NCBI GenBank assembly: GCA_964016885.1
Contig: OZ024740.1
Span: 353,524,001 to 353,588,000 of the forward strand
Origin: Eledone cirrhosa
Taxonomy: Eukaryota
Direction of reading: 5' to 3'
DNA length: 64,000 nt
Each line of letters starts with the position of its first letter. The first letter of the stretch is position 1. The notes under the pieces are model-generated. The model worked only from the letters and a program-made list of their open reading frames with translations, made no database searches and was not told where the DNA came from. Below are positions 37,706-51,169 of the stretch, one piece after another. A program made the translations under genes and the position numbers.

Positions 37706-39624
37706 GTTATTGTTATTCCTTGAATCTCAGTCATTGATGTTGGTTAACTGGAAAGTCCGTTGGATTGAATATCAAGCCACTACCTGCAGCCTCAGATATT
37801 CAGGACGTATCGGAGGGTTCTTGCTGTTCCAAGCAAGCATGCCTTTTGAAGCGTTCCAAAAAGCGTGAAGGGGCCGATTTTCTTTAACCATCCCTGGAAA
37901 CTTTTGGAGATAGTCCCCAGTGCGCCTATGACAATCGGGATCACTTTGACTTCATGGCAGTTCCAAATCCTTTTCACCTCCCACTTTAGGTCCTGGTATC
38001 GGTTAATTTTCTCCCTCTCCTTCTCTTGCACTCTCGTGTCGAACGGGCAGGCCACATCCACAATCAGGCACGATCTTTTTTCTTTGTCCACAACCACCAG
38101 GTCAGGTCTATTGTGTTCCAGTTTTTTGTCCGTCTGTATCCTAAAATCCCACAGCACCTTCACCTGATTATTCTCCATCACCGCCTCTGGCCTATGCTCA
38201 TACCATTTCTCAGAATGTGGTAAATTGTTTACTTTGCACAGGTGCCAGTGGATCACCCTGCCCATCACATCGTGTCTCCAGCCCTTATAGTGGGTCTGGG
38301 CTAGGTGTTTACACTCGGACACAATGTGAGCCACAGTCTCCTCTCTCTCTCCACAGATCCTGCACAGTGGGCTAGCCTCCTCCTTGTAGATATGGTGCTT
38401 CAACCACTTCGTTTTGAGGGCCTGCTCCTGCGCAGCCATTAGCATTCCTTCTGTAGCCTTTTTGAGGTCTCCTCTTCTCAACCAGTTCCATGTCTGTGGA
38501 TCTCTAAATTCAGTTTTCTCAAAGAAGGTACTATGAAGGGATTTTCCCTTAAGGCTGCTCTTCCTCCTTGATGTTATTTCCTCCTTGGACATCCCCTGGC
38601 CTACTGTCCCCTCCTTCAGTACAGTTCTGAGCATTGGCTCCTTACTATAGGTCACGTATTTGTATAGGTTGTTTTTCTCCATCTGAACACAGTCCTCTAT
38701 GCTGATAAGACCTCTTCCACCCTCAGATCTCCTTAGGTAGAGTCTATCGACATCACTCCTCTTGTGGAACATGTTGTAGATAGTCAATAGCTTCCTAGTC
38801 TTCCTATCCATTTCTTTTTGTTCAGCAACATTCCATCTCAGAATTCCCGCACTGTACCTAATAATAGACACAGCTCGGGAATTTACTGCACTTATGGCAT
38901 TTCTGCTGTTCAGATGTGACTTCAATACGCTCCTTACTCTCCGAATGTATTCAGTTCTTAACAATTCCTTCATTTTTTTGTTCTTTATGCCATCAGCCTC
39001 CAGAACGCCCAAATACTTGTATCCTTCCTCAGAGTCAATTTCCTTTATCATCTCACCTGTTGGTATCTGGATCCCGTTACTTCTGCTCAACCTACCCCTC
39101 TTCATCACAATGACTCCACATTTACCAATACCAAACTGCATACATATATCACTGCTGAAAATACGGACAGTGTCAACAAGCACATCCAACTCCTTCTCAC
39201 TTTTCCCGAAGAGCTTAAGATCGTCCATGAAGAGGAGGTGATTGATGGTAAGCTCTCCCCTTCCCAACTTGTATCCTGCTCTCACTTTTCGCAGCATAAT
39301 GGTCAAGGGCATCAGGGCAAGGACAAACAACAGAGGGGACAGGCTATCTCCCTGGAAGATACCTCTCTTGATCTTCACGCTTCCCAAGGATACTCCAGTT
39401 GATGTCAACTCTGTCTCCCAGGACCCCATACTCCTGCCTAGCAACTGTCTGATGTTATCTGCCACCCTGAAGATCTCCAGGCTTTTGGTGATCCAGGAAT
39501 GAGGCACCATGTCAAATGCCTTTCTGTAGTCTATCCATCCCATGGCTATTATTATTATTATTATTATTATTGTTATTAATGTATATGTGTGTGTGTATAT
39601 ATGTGTGTGTCTGTGTGTGTGTAT

Positions 39625-39656
<32 letters not shown>

Positions 39657-39850
39657 TTTCTTATTTTTTATTTTATTTTATTTTTTATTTATTTATTAAT
39701 ATATATATTTTTTTTTCTCGTGCAATGGCCATACTCGATAACGAGGAGGCAGCCATCATGTATGTATGTATGTATGTATGTATGTATGTATGTATGTATG
39801 TATGTATGTATGTATGTATGTATGTATGTATGTATGTATGTATGTATGTA
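37325..39850 (+). mobile_element. Second, shorter copy of the 31377-33010 RTE-ZF element, interrupted by a Dong-like insertion
   Basis: 37328-37715 matches 31999-32370; 39548-39765 matches 32340-32480 plus 32880-33005; (TGTA)n tail. Confidence 0.85.
37717..39547 (-). mobile_element. R4/Dong-like non-LTR retrotransposon (RT + CCHC + restriction-like endonuclease), 5'-truncated, 583-aa open frame
   Basis: DYRKAFD, GIFQGDSLSP, FMDDLK, CRICGEREETVAHIVSEC, RHD, RPDLVVVD, VDVACP and KINRY motifs; flanked by (TAT)n on both sides. Confidence 0.93.
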
Positions 39851-39866
39851 TATATATATATACATA

Positions 39867-40215
39867 TACGATATTAATAAATGGAAACTATATTTATAAA
39901 ACCATATTTATTTCATTATACATATTTCAAGGACACCAAGTTAAATTATGGTGTGCTTTCATCAGATAAAATATAATATAGAGCAGTTTTATAAATAAAT
40001 ATTGACATACCCTTAAAGAATGCAACCATTACTGTTGAAAGTACACCATAATTTAACTTGGTGTCCTTGAAATATGTATAATGAAATAAATATGGTTTTA
40101 TAAATATAGTTTCCATTTGTTAATATCGTATTTTTACTCCAATTATTTGTTTAGTGCTTTATATCAGTTATAAAAATATTTGCTTGTTGTATCCCAACAA
40201 CTTAAATTGAACTTT
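39867..40215. repeat. Fold-back element F1, copy B
   Basis: Arms at about 39867-39961 and 40036-40130; the inversion junction falls at a shared TGAAA. Confidence 0.85.
39910..39972 (-). ncRNA. Type I hammerhead ribozyme (F1), intact core
   Basis: ATTTTAT-CTGATGA-AAG ca CACCA..TGGTG tc CTT-GAAA-TATGTA-TA-ATGAAAT. Confidence 0.8.
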
Positions 40216-40832
40216 CACATATATATACATATATATATATTTAACAGTTTGGTCATAAGCCAATTTTTAGGTAAAGTGTTCAGCTATAGGGGAGCTAACT
40301 CAGAGCAAAATAAAAATACGCTTACTTCCCTTACATCACAATTTTGTGACTCACGATGGTATCGCCAAATACCATTTTTTTTCACCTCAGAACCTCATGA
40401 TTACATGATTTTACATTTATATAAATATAGACAAATCCAGTCCATCTCCTTTGGGGAATGCTTTCTGTAGTTGGCGATAGATAGATAGGGATACATAGAG
40501 ACAAAAAGAGTAATACATAGATAGATACAAATCACTCTGTGTGTGTGTGTGTGTGTGTGTGTTCTAGTTAGTGTTTTATTTCATTATCATTTCTAGCGAA
40601 ACCAGTTACCACAATGTTGATAGATAGATAGGAATACATAGATACAGAAAGAGTAGTATATAAATAGATACAACTCAATCTGTGTGTGTGTATGTCTGCT
40701 CGCGCGTGGTAAAAGTTAAGGTTTTATTTCGCTGTCATTTCTAGCATGACAGGTTACCACAACATAGCTCTTTGTGCCATGTACGACAGACAGGCACACA
40801 GACAAATCGATAAAAGCCCAACCGCAGGCCCT

Positions 40833-43800
40833 CTAAAAGACGCAACCGGCGTTGTTCGGGAATGAAAGTGTTCTTTATATATTAGAAAAAGAAAGCAGAA
40901 CATGTTGTATAAATTCTATTTATCCTTCAATGAGGTACATGATGAAATCAATTCTGAATTCATAATACAGAAATTAATAAAACATGAAAATACAAAATTT
41001 ATCAATGTTATGAGGGGAGATAAATTCTATCATGTGTTGAAGGAAATTACTGGAGAGCTTCTGGGTAAACAGCATTCTTTATTTTCTGCTTCGAAGCATA
41101 GGCAAATAAGTTTTGTAAACTACGCACCCTAGAACAACAAACGTAAAGTTGACCATGAGAAAAGAAAGGCTTATTTAAGTGCAAGCCAGTAGATTTCAAA
41201 GTCTGACCTCCAGCTTTATTGATAGACATTGCGAAGCAAAGTCGCACTGGGAATTCTATTTCAAATGGCTTGCCCGTTGGTGTGATTGGAATTCTTGTAA
41301 TGGAAATATCGTCCCCAGAAGCACACCCAGTGATTATGGTAGCTTCAATCACATTAGGTAATAATTTCTTCGCAATCAACCTTGTCCCATTTCATAATTT
41401 AGGAGGATCTAAATTTCTTAGACACATTATTGGGACTCTTACCTTCAGGAAAAGTTTCTGTGGAGGAGTTCCAGGTGGTTCAAGAGAATTACGAAACTCT
41501 GTTGGGTTGTGGACAGCTTGATTGAAAATTCCTCTTGACTGTCGAAACGATTTCATAATATGCCCGGCGTTTTTTTGGAAGACGTTTAGGTTCCCGTTCC
41601 TTCACAAATGCAACCAACTTTGTGATGTCAAAATTTGTCTCTTCCGCAAACTCTCTTGAAGTTAAATCACTTTGATTTTGGCAGTACAGAACCAGACTCT
41701 TGCAAAGTCTTGCCTCCCATGACCAAAATTGATCCTCAATTTCAATCAATGGTTGATTGAAAATATCTTCACAGAACTGAATATTGATACCTGGGTTTGC
41801 ATGTTGAACTGCCTACTTTAAGTCCCCAGCCATATCCTCTTGATGTTTCATTCAAAGTTGTCGGGGACTGCCAAGTTGACACATGTTCAGCATAATGGCA
41901 AAAAGGTTACGGAGTTTCCTTGGAGAATATGACACTGATGCTTCAGTCAATGCAAGGTCCCAATGATCATCATTTTCTAACAAACCTTTTTGATAGCATG
42001 CTACCCTATATGTTTTACACATTGACTCTCCTCAAATCTTGGAATTATTTGGAACCACATAATTCATGCAAAATGACCAGTTGAATGATGGCTGGGTGCC
42101 TCTCATGAATGGAATAATTGAAAATGCGCCAAAAAGCCTCATTGCTACTGGTGTATCTTCCTCTCTCATACTGTGCAACTTCGTCATTTGTATTTATCTG
42201 CTGACTGACATTCTGCAAAAGAGTGTATGTTGCAACATCTAAACCTTTGTATTCATATTTGCAAACATACTTAATATATTGAACAGAGTTGCAGAATTCA
42301 ACATTGATATAGGGCTTTGAAAGTTTTTGTAAGAGGAGGACAGTAGGGTACAACCCACCGATTGTCAATGATGAATTCTTACCCATTCTCTTTTTTTTTT
42401 CGAAGTGAATCCAACCTGCCCAGGTTTTCTTCTCCTGTAAATGGAGTAGTCATCTTCTTCAGTTTTGGTTTATTGTATAGGGGGACGGGGTGGTTCTTGG
42501 TACACATTTTATCCCTCATGCATGGGGGGGATGGATTAATTGAACCACAGGGCCCATGAATCATTTGTGACTTGACAATTTCATGCAGCAAAGGATATTA
42601 TGTAGCCAAATCAAAATGTGGGCATTCAGCAATCCTCATTTTTGCAATTTAATTGTGTACGTGTCACATTAGACTGGTCCAAAGTCTTCTCATTTTTTTA
42701 GGAGATCCATCAGCTTTATGACTTTATGACACCCTAGCTATAATATTATGGCGATCTTTGAGTTATTGATGTTAATAAAGTTCACTCTTTATTTCATGCC
42801 ATGCTGGGTTATATGTGAATGTAATGAAGAGATCTGGACGACCATAGTGTCTGATATATGTAAGTTCATCTTGGGTACGCTCATGCATATACCGTGGACT
42901 TCCTGTAACGCTTGATCGAAGAATAACAAAGCTGTCCAATGTTATCAGCAGCCAATGCTCCTTCATTACTGATTGCATCTCTCAGTTGAATGTATTCTGA
43001 TGCATGGAGATCTTTCTAATGTGTTCTGATGTAAAGAAGCCTTTCTCCTCCAATATTTTGCATACATATCAACTGCAAATTGCTGGAAGAGCTCACGTGA
43101 ACGATGAAGAATATTGAAGTTTTGCTCTATTAACATGAAAAGGTAAGCACAGAATTCCATACAACTTACTGTTTTTTTCAGTGTAGGATCTCTTGTTTTA
43201 ACATCTGTTTTGTTTTTATACCAAATTGATATCCATCTTGGCCAAATACACAGATTCATGGATACTGGAGCGCATCATAAGATTGGTGGGTTGCATTTAT
43301 GCGCTACAACTTATTTCCTCTTCCTTGAATAACAATATCGCTCCTCCAAGTAATAATTATCCTCCTCGCCAGTAATAATTGCTTCTACTTCGTTTGCAAC
43401 AGGGACATTGTAGCAGCCTCTGTGTTCACCAACAGGATTTTTGTCTGTATCAATGACTACCTTGTACTCAGTAAGTGGCACAGATTCCAATTCATATTAG
43501 AATTTTCTGATGTTGCTATTGTTTGCATGCAACGTATCTTGCAACTCAAATATTAACTCTTCTTTCAGATTTTGGAAGGTTCAATGACCCTTGCAAAGCC
43601 TGTTCCTTGCAATTTGCCACAACATATAACTGTAAAAACTTGAATTTTGTTTTCAGTTGGCAACCAAGATCAAATACGCTGGTATACTTGACCTTGAACG
43701 TTAATGGTTGGCTTGAAGTTTCTTTCTAATGTTTTTCAAGAAGTGCATGGTCTTTGATGTGTTTCCCCAAAGCAATGCCTTCAAAGTATCTGGGGTGTAC

Positions 43801-44500
43801 CAAACGTCGGTAGAACAACCGTTCCCCCCACAACACATAGTGAGGGTTTATCTTTCCCATTTCTTTCTTTTACAAAAACTGCACTCTTTTGACATTGCAC
43901 CAAAACCAATCACTTTTTTGTCTTTGTCTTACATCCTTTAAATGTTTTTCTCTTTCCTTTTTTGATTCTTGGCCGCTGCGGGTTGTATTTTGTTGACGTA
44001 ATTGTTCTGACTGTTTTTCCCGTGCCCCTGCTTACAGCAGCTCTCCTCCGGTCGTTTTCATGTCTTTGCTGTGCAGGGGACTCTAGTGCCCTTGCTCTGG
44101 CTACCTGTACATACCTTTTCTGCACTGTAGAATACTGTTCGTCTGCATGTCCCCTGCCTTGACATGAGATTATTTCGGTTAGATCAATGTCTTCACCAGG
44201 AAAATGCTTCCTTTCCAATTGCAGTTAGGAAAAAAACTCTTGATAGCCTTTCTGAAAGATTTTCTCTTGCCTTTACCTAAAAGTCGAAACGATTCAAGCA
44301 GTCCTGAACTTCTTCAGAAGTCGAGGAAATATCTAAGAATTCAATATTAGGTCCATTTAAACAGTTGTAGGAGTAATAAGTTATTGACAGCAGTGGTTGA
44401 AGGATTGAAAAAGGTTGAACTCGAATTTTCCTCGGGATTCTTGTTCTCTTCATCGCCAGTTGGAAGAAGGGGACTACATGTTCAATCATGAGCAAAATTT
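40833..44500 (-). mobile_element. Decayed Helitron (Rep-helicase pseudogene)
   Basis: Rep motifs (QQFAVDMYAK, GSPRYMHERTQD, GRPDLFITFTYNPAW, MIHGPCG, INVEFCNSV..IKYVCKY) and PIF1-like helicase C-terminus (FPVRLCFAMSINKA.GQTL, FSHGQLYV..SRV). Degenerate 3' hairpin cccgaacaacgccgg followed by TTAG at about 40833-40860. The 5' boundary is uncertain. Confidence 0.9.
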
Positions 44501-45194
44501 ATGTCCAGAAAATGTTTTGAATTCAGCAAGTCACATAATCTTTTAATAAGTAAATGATAATGTTCCCCATGTTTCTTTTCAGTCGAACTTACATAGTTCG
44601 TCAATGTAAGTATATACGAAAGTTAAACTTCGTAAGACGTTGTCGATGAATTTTTGAAAGCTCATATAACATGAAGAAAAATTCATAGTCCGATAGGTGC
44701 GGTAATTTCAGATTTATGGATATCTTTAGGCTCTATAGGGATAAGATTGTAAGCCCCGACCAAGTCAATTTTTGAAAAAAAAAAAATGTTGCAGCCTAAA
44801 TAAAATTCGTAAAGTAGTGAAATGTTAGATGCGTTATGGCGTAGAACAAAATGCTTTGCAATATTTGTTTACTTTGAGTTTAAATTCCATGGAAGATAAT
44901 TTTGCCTTTCATACTTTGCAGGGTGATAAAATAAATCATCAACCAGCCCAGAGTGGTGAAACGGAGGAATTGTTAAGACGTTGAACGAGATGTTTTTTGT
45001 ATTTGTTTCGTCTCATTGTGTTCAGAGCTCCATTGTAGTTTATTTGGATAGTAGACTTAACCAGTCGTCTCGTTTAACGCCTCACCTGACTCTTGGATGT
45101 CTTAAGAAGAGTCTACTCTGTTGCGTCCAAGCCTGATCTTGGAGACCTTGACAGGAGCTATCGGCACTGTTCTAATTCTTCACGACTTAAACAG

Positions 45195-45560
45195 TCAAAA
45201 ATATGGTATCGCGTACTTTTCAACAACTGTGTTGATATTAAGTGCATGACAATCACCACAAGGACGCCACAGTCAGTTGAAGTTTTCTTGGGAAATATTT
45301 GCAGAAGTGATGACCAGTTTACATCAGATTGATAAATAGTGGCGAGTTCAATGTGACTGAATTCCCGTTTATTTACCTCTTTTTTTTTGTTGTTGTTTAG
45401 AACTGCGCAAATAACAATTACAGAGGATGTAGTTCCTGACTCCTTGATCTTTGTCGGGTTGGAGGTAGCTTACAATATGTGCGGAACATGTAGTTTCAGT
45501 AGTAATATGTGTGGTTGTGAATTGAACTTCCATTTGTGGAAACAAGAGCACTGGATCGTC
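45195..45560 (-). mobile_element. Gypsy/Ty3 LTR-retrotransposon RT remnant
   Basis: Reverse strand reads WSSLLQIFPKKTSTD/WRPCGDCHALNINTVVEKYAIP (cf. WSSPLHMVPKK..DWRPCGDYRALN..T..DRYPIP), with a 2-nt frameshift. Confidence 0.75.
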
Positions 45561-45730
45561 AGGTAAATTGGGGCAAGATTGATACTGACTGTTAGTTGTA
45601 CATCTGCGGCTGTCCTTTCTGTAGCTGATGCATCAATAATGTAGTCACTTAGACCTAACATACTGACATAAATGTAAATGAACAATGAGTATAATTGAAG
45701 CGATGAAAGAAAGAGCATTTTCGTCTCTCT

Positions 45731-45732
<2 letters not shown>

Positions 45733-45818
<86 letters not shown>
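45733..45818 (+). repeat. (CA)n microsatellite; representative of many long (TA)n, (CA)n, (TATG)n, (TAT)n and (GTT)n tracts (e.g. 10706-10764, 32420-32480, 35697-35757, 48301-48390, 61036-61154, 61967-62055, 63938-64000)
   Basis: Direct reading. Confidence 0.95.
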
Positions 45819-45824
<6 letters not shown>

Positions 45825-46937
45825 ATATAGCTATATAGCAATTTCAACATCAATTTTTCTTGTCTTTCGTTGGGCTCACAGTTTGTGCAATGTTTCTCCT
45901 ATGAGCCATGCAAAATATTTACGTCCAGCATAAATGCATTTAAATGTGTTGTTTGTGTGGTATCTTTATATTTCACATGAAAGACAATTACTGCATAACA
46001 ACTTTTAGGTATCAGGTTTCAGATGTAATGGCCATGTCTGATGTTATCCAAGTATTGTTCACTAGAAAAAATATCGTGAATCAATATCCCACAGAATAAT
46101 AACAACATTGGACATTGAGCTTTGTTAGATGAGATAACATGTAATGCATAAAAATGACAAACCATATTTGCAGTTAGATGGCAAATAAAGAAAAAAAGGT
46201 ACAATAAGAAAATGAAAGGTTAATCCATATAAAGTGAACAGCAGACGTTCACAAACAGAAATAAACTAGAAAACTGTAAATAAAATGTTAGAAAATCAGT
46301 TTGGAATGTGCAAGCGGTGCCGGATGTAGAACAAACGAGACCCTGCACGAGTTAAATTATGAAGCCCCTTACTTGGGCGCTGAAGCAGATAAACATTCTT
46401 TTTGTCAGAAAGATGGGCCTTCCTGGCCAACGGGCCCCTGTGCTTAAGCACACCTAAGCATAATGGTAAATCCGGCAATTTTTGCAAGTAAGACTCATTT
46501 TTTTAAAGATCTGTAATGTCTATTACATAAAATATACAGACAAAACTACAGAGAAATAATCCTTTTTAATAAAGGATGCAGAAGTATATTTGGAGTGTCG
46601 GGAAGTGTGAGCGCTACATTGACTGGCGTAGATTCATCAGTCAATGTTAGTAATTATGGGGGCTCTACAGAAATATAACATTCCTTCATTAACGACACAA
46701 AAATTAAGAGCACACTGTCAGTAGATATGCACGATTGGACCAAAATTGGGTTAAAGAGAGTCACTTGACGTGATGAAACAAAAAGTCTATTCTGAACCAA
46801 CTTTAGTATGTAGTTTTTGAAACAAATAAAAGTGTATTCCATTGGTTAAAATTAACAAAACTGCTTGTTAGAGCTACATTTTGTTTAAAGGTTTCAACAA
46901 CATTGAAAAATAATTACAAAGCTATCAGCGCGTGAGG

Positions 46938-46975
<38 letters not shown>

Positions 46976-46983
<8 letters not shown>

Positions 46984-47656
46984 CGTCCTTTCACGCACAA
47001 GGCGTCAAGGTACGCATGTATTGTCCAACCAAGTGCCAGTGTGGTTCAATGGCGGGTTAATAAATTAACGAGCCAGAACAAATATAAACAAGGTTTAGTA
47101 AATAATGAAAAAGTTTCAAAATAAATTTTAAAAAATTGACTTTACCTACTATAGTTACCTTTTACTAAACCTTGTTTATATTTGTTCTGGCTCGTTAATT
47201 TATTAACCCGCCATTGAACCACACTGGCACTTGGTTGGACAATACATGCGTACCTTGACGCCTTGTGCGTGAAAGGACGTATTTCATATTACTACTACCT
47301 CCACATACGTTGAGAACAAACCGGGTCATTCCGACTGCTGCTGATAACAGCGGTGGCTAGTTCGACCTACCTCCTTTTGCCTCTATCTTTACTACGGCCC
47401 TTGATAAACCTGTTCTACATCATCCACTCTCATCCCAGGAACAGTCTTTGATAGCGCTAGTTTGTGATTTAAATTCAGGAATTTTATATTCTTTGAATGA
47501 AAAGAACCTTCTGACGAGAATCTCTCTTTGCAACGAAGGCCGTATGGCCTACGTTTTATTTCTGGGATTCGAAACCGATCGGTAAAGGTAACTATAGTAG
47601 GTAAAGTCAATTTTTTAAAATTTATTTTGAAACTTTTTCATTATTTACTAAACCTT

Positions 47657-47662
<6 letters not shown>
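46976..47662. repeat. Non-coding element F3: inverted arm plus a terminally redundant 483-bp unit, in (TA)n
   Basis: 46976-47102 is the reverse complement of 47161-47287; 47583-47662 is the reverse complement of ~47084-47163; tttactaaacc recurs at 47161 and 47644. Confidence 0.88.
47506..47589 (+). ncRNA. Type I hammerhead ribozyme (F3) with an enlarged loop II
   Basis: acctt-CTGACGA-GAATCTC-(~39 nt)-GGGATTC-GAAA-CCGA-TC-ggtaaaggt; stem I is imperfect. Confidence 0.65.
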
Positions 47663-47719
<57 letters not shown>

Positions 47720-47751
47720 CGCCAGGTGTAGATAAATATGCGGAAAAATTA

Positions 47752-47896
47752 TCTTCTTCTTCTTCTTCTTCTTCTTCTTCTTCTTCTTCTTCTTCTTCTT
47801 CTTCTTCTACTTCTTCTTCTTCTCCTCCTCCTCCTCCTCCTCCTCCTCCTCCTCCTCCTCCTCCTCCTCCTCCTCCCTCCCTCCCTCCCTCCTCCT
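47752..47896 (+). repeat. Compound (TTC)n-(TCC)n polypyrimidine microsatellite
   Basis: Direct reading. Confidence 0.95.
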
Positions 47897-48042
47897 CGGT
47901 GTCATACATACATATCCCCATAGAAATAAATATTTTAAATAATTATGTCTCTCAGCCACTAACATTAATGCAAACAGTAGGAATATGGATCAAATGATTT
48001 TATGCTACTTAGCTAGTAGTTTTTATTATTATTATTATTATT

Positions 48043-48232
48043 GGATTGACAGTATCGGTAGAGGGTCGGACGCCATGCTTTCCACCATAGAGTTACGGCC
48101 CTTTATAGTCTGAGCTCAAATCCCGCCGAGGTTAACTTTGCCTTTCATCCTTATGGGGTCGATAAAATAAAGTACCAGTAATACACTGGTATAATTGCTG
48201 GCCTTGTGCCAAAAGTAAAAACAATTATTATT
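48043..48232 (+). mobile_element. SINE S1 copy inserted in (TTA)n
   Basis: Closely similar to 18318-18502; flanked by ATT repeats. Confidence 0.88.
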
Positions 48233-49294
48233 ATCAGAAACCATTATTTTTTTTATTATTCCACATCTATTTTCTCGATCGAGTTCGATTGTTTCTTGAA
48301 GTTGCTGCTACTGGTGTTGCTGTTGTTGTTGCTGTTGCTGTTGTTTCTGTTGTTGTTGCTGTTGTTGCTGTTGTTGTTATTGTTGTTGTTGATAGCGATA
48401 GTGGTGGTGGTGATAATAATAATGGTGATAAGGATGATGACGATGCTGCTGATGTTAATATGTTAGCTACTGTTGAAGCAGACGATGAAACGAAATAAGA
48501 AGAAAAGGATAATAGGAGAATTAGTTGTTGGTTCCGGTAGAGGCAGTGGTGTTGGTATTGAATGGATGGCTACATATATATACAGATCTTTAGACATATG
48601 TATGGGTTGGAGGGAAAAAAAGGATGCATGGCTAATTAAATGGAAGGGTATATTGCAAAGCTGCTTAGCCGACGGTCATATGCTTCTGCGATGTTTAATT
48701 GTTTAAGAAGCCATACAATTAAGAGTTATAGTGGAAATACTTGGGTCCGTCAAAGAAGAAATATATGGCTTCTTTTTTATTTCAATGGTAAAAGGTCTGG
48801 AAATAGAAGTTTTAAAAAATCGATCAACAATCCCGGTAGCGATACACGGCCATTTGAAAACGAAACAATTGTACTCATTTGTCTTTATCTCGTTGCTTTT
48901 AACTGAATATGATTAATTATATCTACCTAACTACCTTTGTTCCGTTGTTTTTTTCTTTGTTGCTTTCTTTCTTACTTACATTAATTTTTTCTTTCCTTTG
49001 CTATCTTTATCTTTATATCCATCCATACATGCTTACACACATGCATACATACATACATGCATGCATGCATACATACATACATGCATACATACGTATATGC
49101 TTACATACATACATGCATGCATATATACATGCATACATATATGCATGTATGCATACATACATGCATACATACATACACACACATATACATATGTATGCAT
49201 GCATGTATGTATGTATGCATACATACATGCATGCATACATACATGCATGCATACATACATGCATGCATACATACATGCATACATACATATATAC

Positions 49295-50985
49295 GAAACT
49301 CTATGCCAAGAACATGGATGGGATGAAGAAAAATCTTGACCTGGTTACAACGTTCTCAAAGGATATAGGAATGGAATTTGGCCAAGATAAATGCTTCTAC
49401 ATGACTGTAAAGTGGGGAAAAACAACAACCCAATCTAGCAACATTGTCATCAATGGCCTAACTGTTTCACCGATATCTGATGAGGACTGCTACAGACCTG
49501 GGGATAGATGAGAACATATCTTATAATGGTATCTGTAATAAGGAACGCGTAACCAGGGAATACTACACCCGATTAAGAAAGATTTGGTCATCGGAACTCT
49601 CTGCGCAAAACAAAACAGTGGCTCACAATGTGTTTGCTGTGCCTGTCCTAACACCAACGCTTGGAATACTCAATTGGACGATAGACGAAATCTGAGCAGT
49701 TGATGTTAGAACTCGAAAAATACTGAACAACACCGGAAACTTCCACATCAACAGTGACATAGACCGCCTTTACTTGAAACGTAAGCAGGGAGGCAGAGGC
49801 CTAACATCAGTCCAGACAGCATTTGAATGTCGCATCATATCCCTCCGACAACATCTACGAACCTCGAAGCGTAGGAGCCCGTTTCTCGAGCAAGTCTATC
49901 TGCATGAAACAGATAAGATCATGAGAGTTGGGAAGGAACTCCTCGAGAGATATTCCCTGTGTGATAATCAAAAACTCACACCCAGGGAAGTCGCTCAGCA
50001 CTATCGCAGTGAATCCACGGATGAAAAACTGCATGCTTATCAGCAAAAAATCATGCATGGATATGTTGCCAGGAAGCTCCAGAGTGAGAGTAATATAGAT
50101 AAAGAAAGTAGTCTATCTTGGACCAACAACCGCTATATTGGCTCCCACTTTGAAGGATATGCTTTTGAAATCCAAGAACAGGAAATACCTGATTCACGAA
50201 ATATCTGATTCACAAAAGAGATAGGGATGCAGGCAAAACACCTACATGTGATAATAAGTGCAGACTCTGCAGAATTAACATCGAAGATGTCACCCATGTC
50301 ATCAGAAGCTGTCCAAAGATGTCATCGCGGTACTATCTACCTATGAGGCATAATGTAGTGGCCAAAACACTGTACAATACAATCCGTAGAAAAGATAGCC
50401 CCGATAATAAACACATTAAAAGCTACAGCAATGTGGAAGACATCCATATGCATTATATGAAAGAGTACTGGTGGAATGTTCCAGTAAAAGCCCCAATAAA
50501 ATGCAGGCATAATAGACCAGATATTATGATATGGGAGAGGGAAAAGAAAGCATGCACAGCAGTGGAAATTAGCTGCCCAGCAGATGCCAATATAATATCA
50601 AAGATTAACGAAAAGGAGAATATTTAAGTAGAACTGATGAGAAATCTGCAGATACTCCACCCTGATTACACCTTCAGATTTATGCCTGTGATTATTGGGG
50701 CACTGGGATATGTTAGTAACTGCTTCAATACAAATCTTGAGAAGCTAGGCTTCACAGAAACAGAAAGAACACGACTAGTTAGGAAATTACAAGTACAATC
50801 CATTAATAGAACAGTAAAAATATGTAAAACATTCCAAAAATTTTGCATCTAATAACTGCATATACACATGTCTAGATACAAAGCATATACACATGCACAC
50901 ATACAACTTCAGTGTTACTATCCGGGTTTCATATGATGTTAATATGGATTTTAGACCCCGGCCACCTTCCTTGCGTGAGAAGTAT
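49295..50985 (+). mobile_element. 5'-truncated RLE (R4-like) non-LTR retrotransposon, frameshifted, followed by (TATG)n
   Basis: FSKDIGMEFG.DKC, GGRGL, CRLC..EDVTHV..C, RHN, RPDIMIW and VEISCP motifs. Confidence 0.88.
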
Positions 50986-51169
50986 GTATGTATGTATGTA
51001 TGTATGTTTGTATGTATTCTTCTGGTTTTATAATTTCACAAATTTTTACCAATAGAGAGAGAGTCGGTTTCTAACATTCTCATTGGAATTTACACAACAT
51101 CAACTAGCTAGATTATGTATGCATGCCTGCATGTGTAGATATGGATGTAATTGTATTTGTGGATATGTA

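Noticed and set aside
48795-48880. GAAA-CAATTG-TA with a possible GTTTT/AAAAC stem II; similar motif at 60868-60922
   Set aside because: CUGANGA core absent or too degenerate to call.
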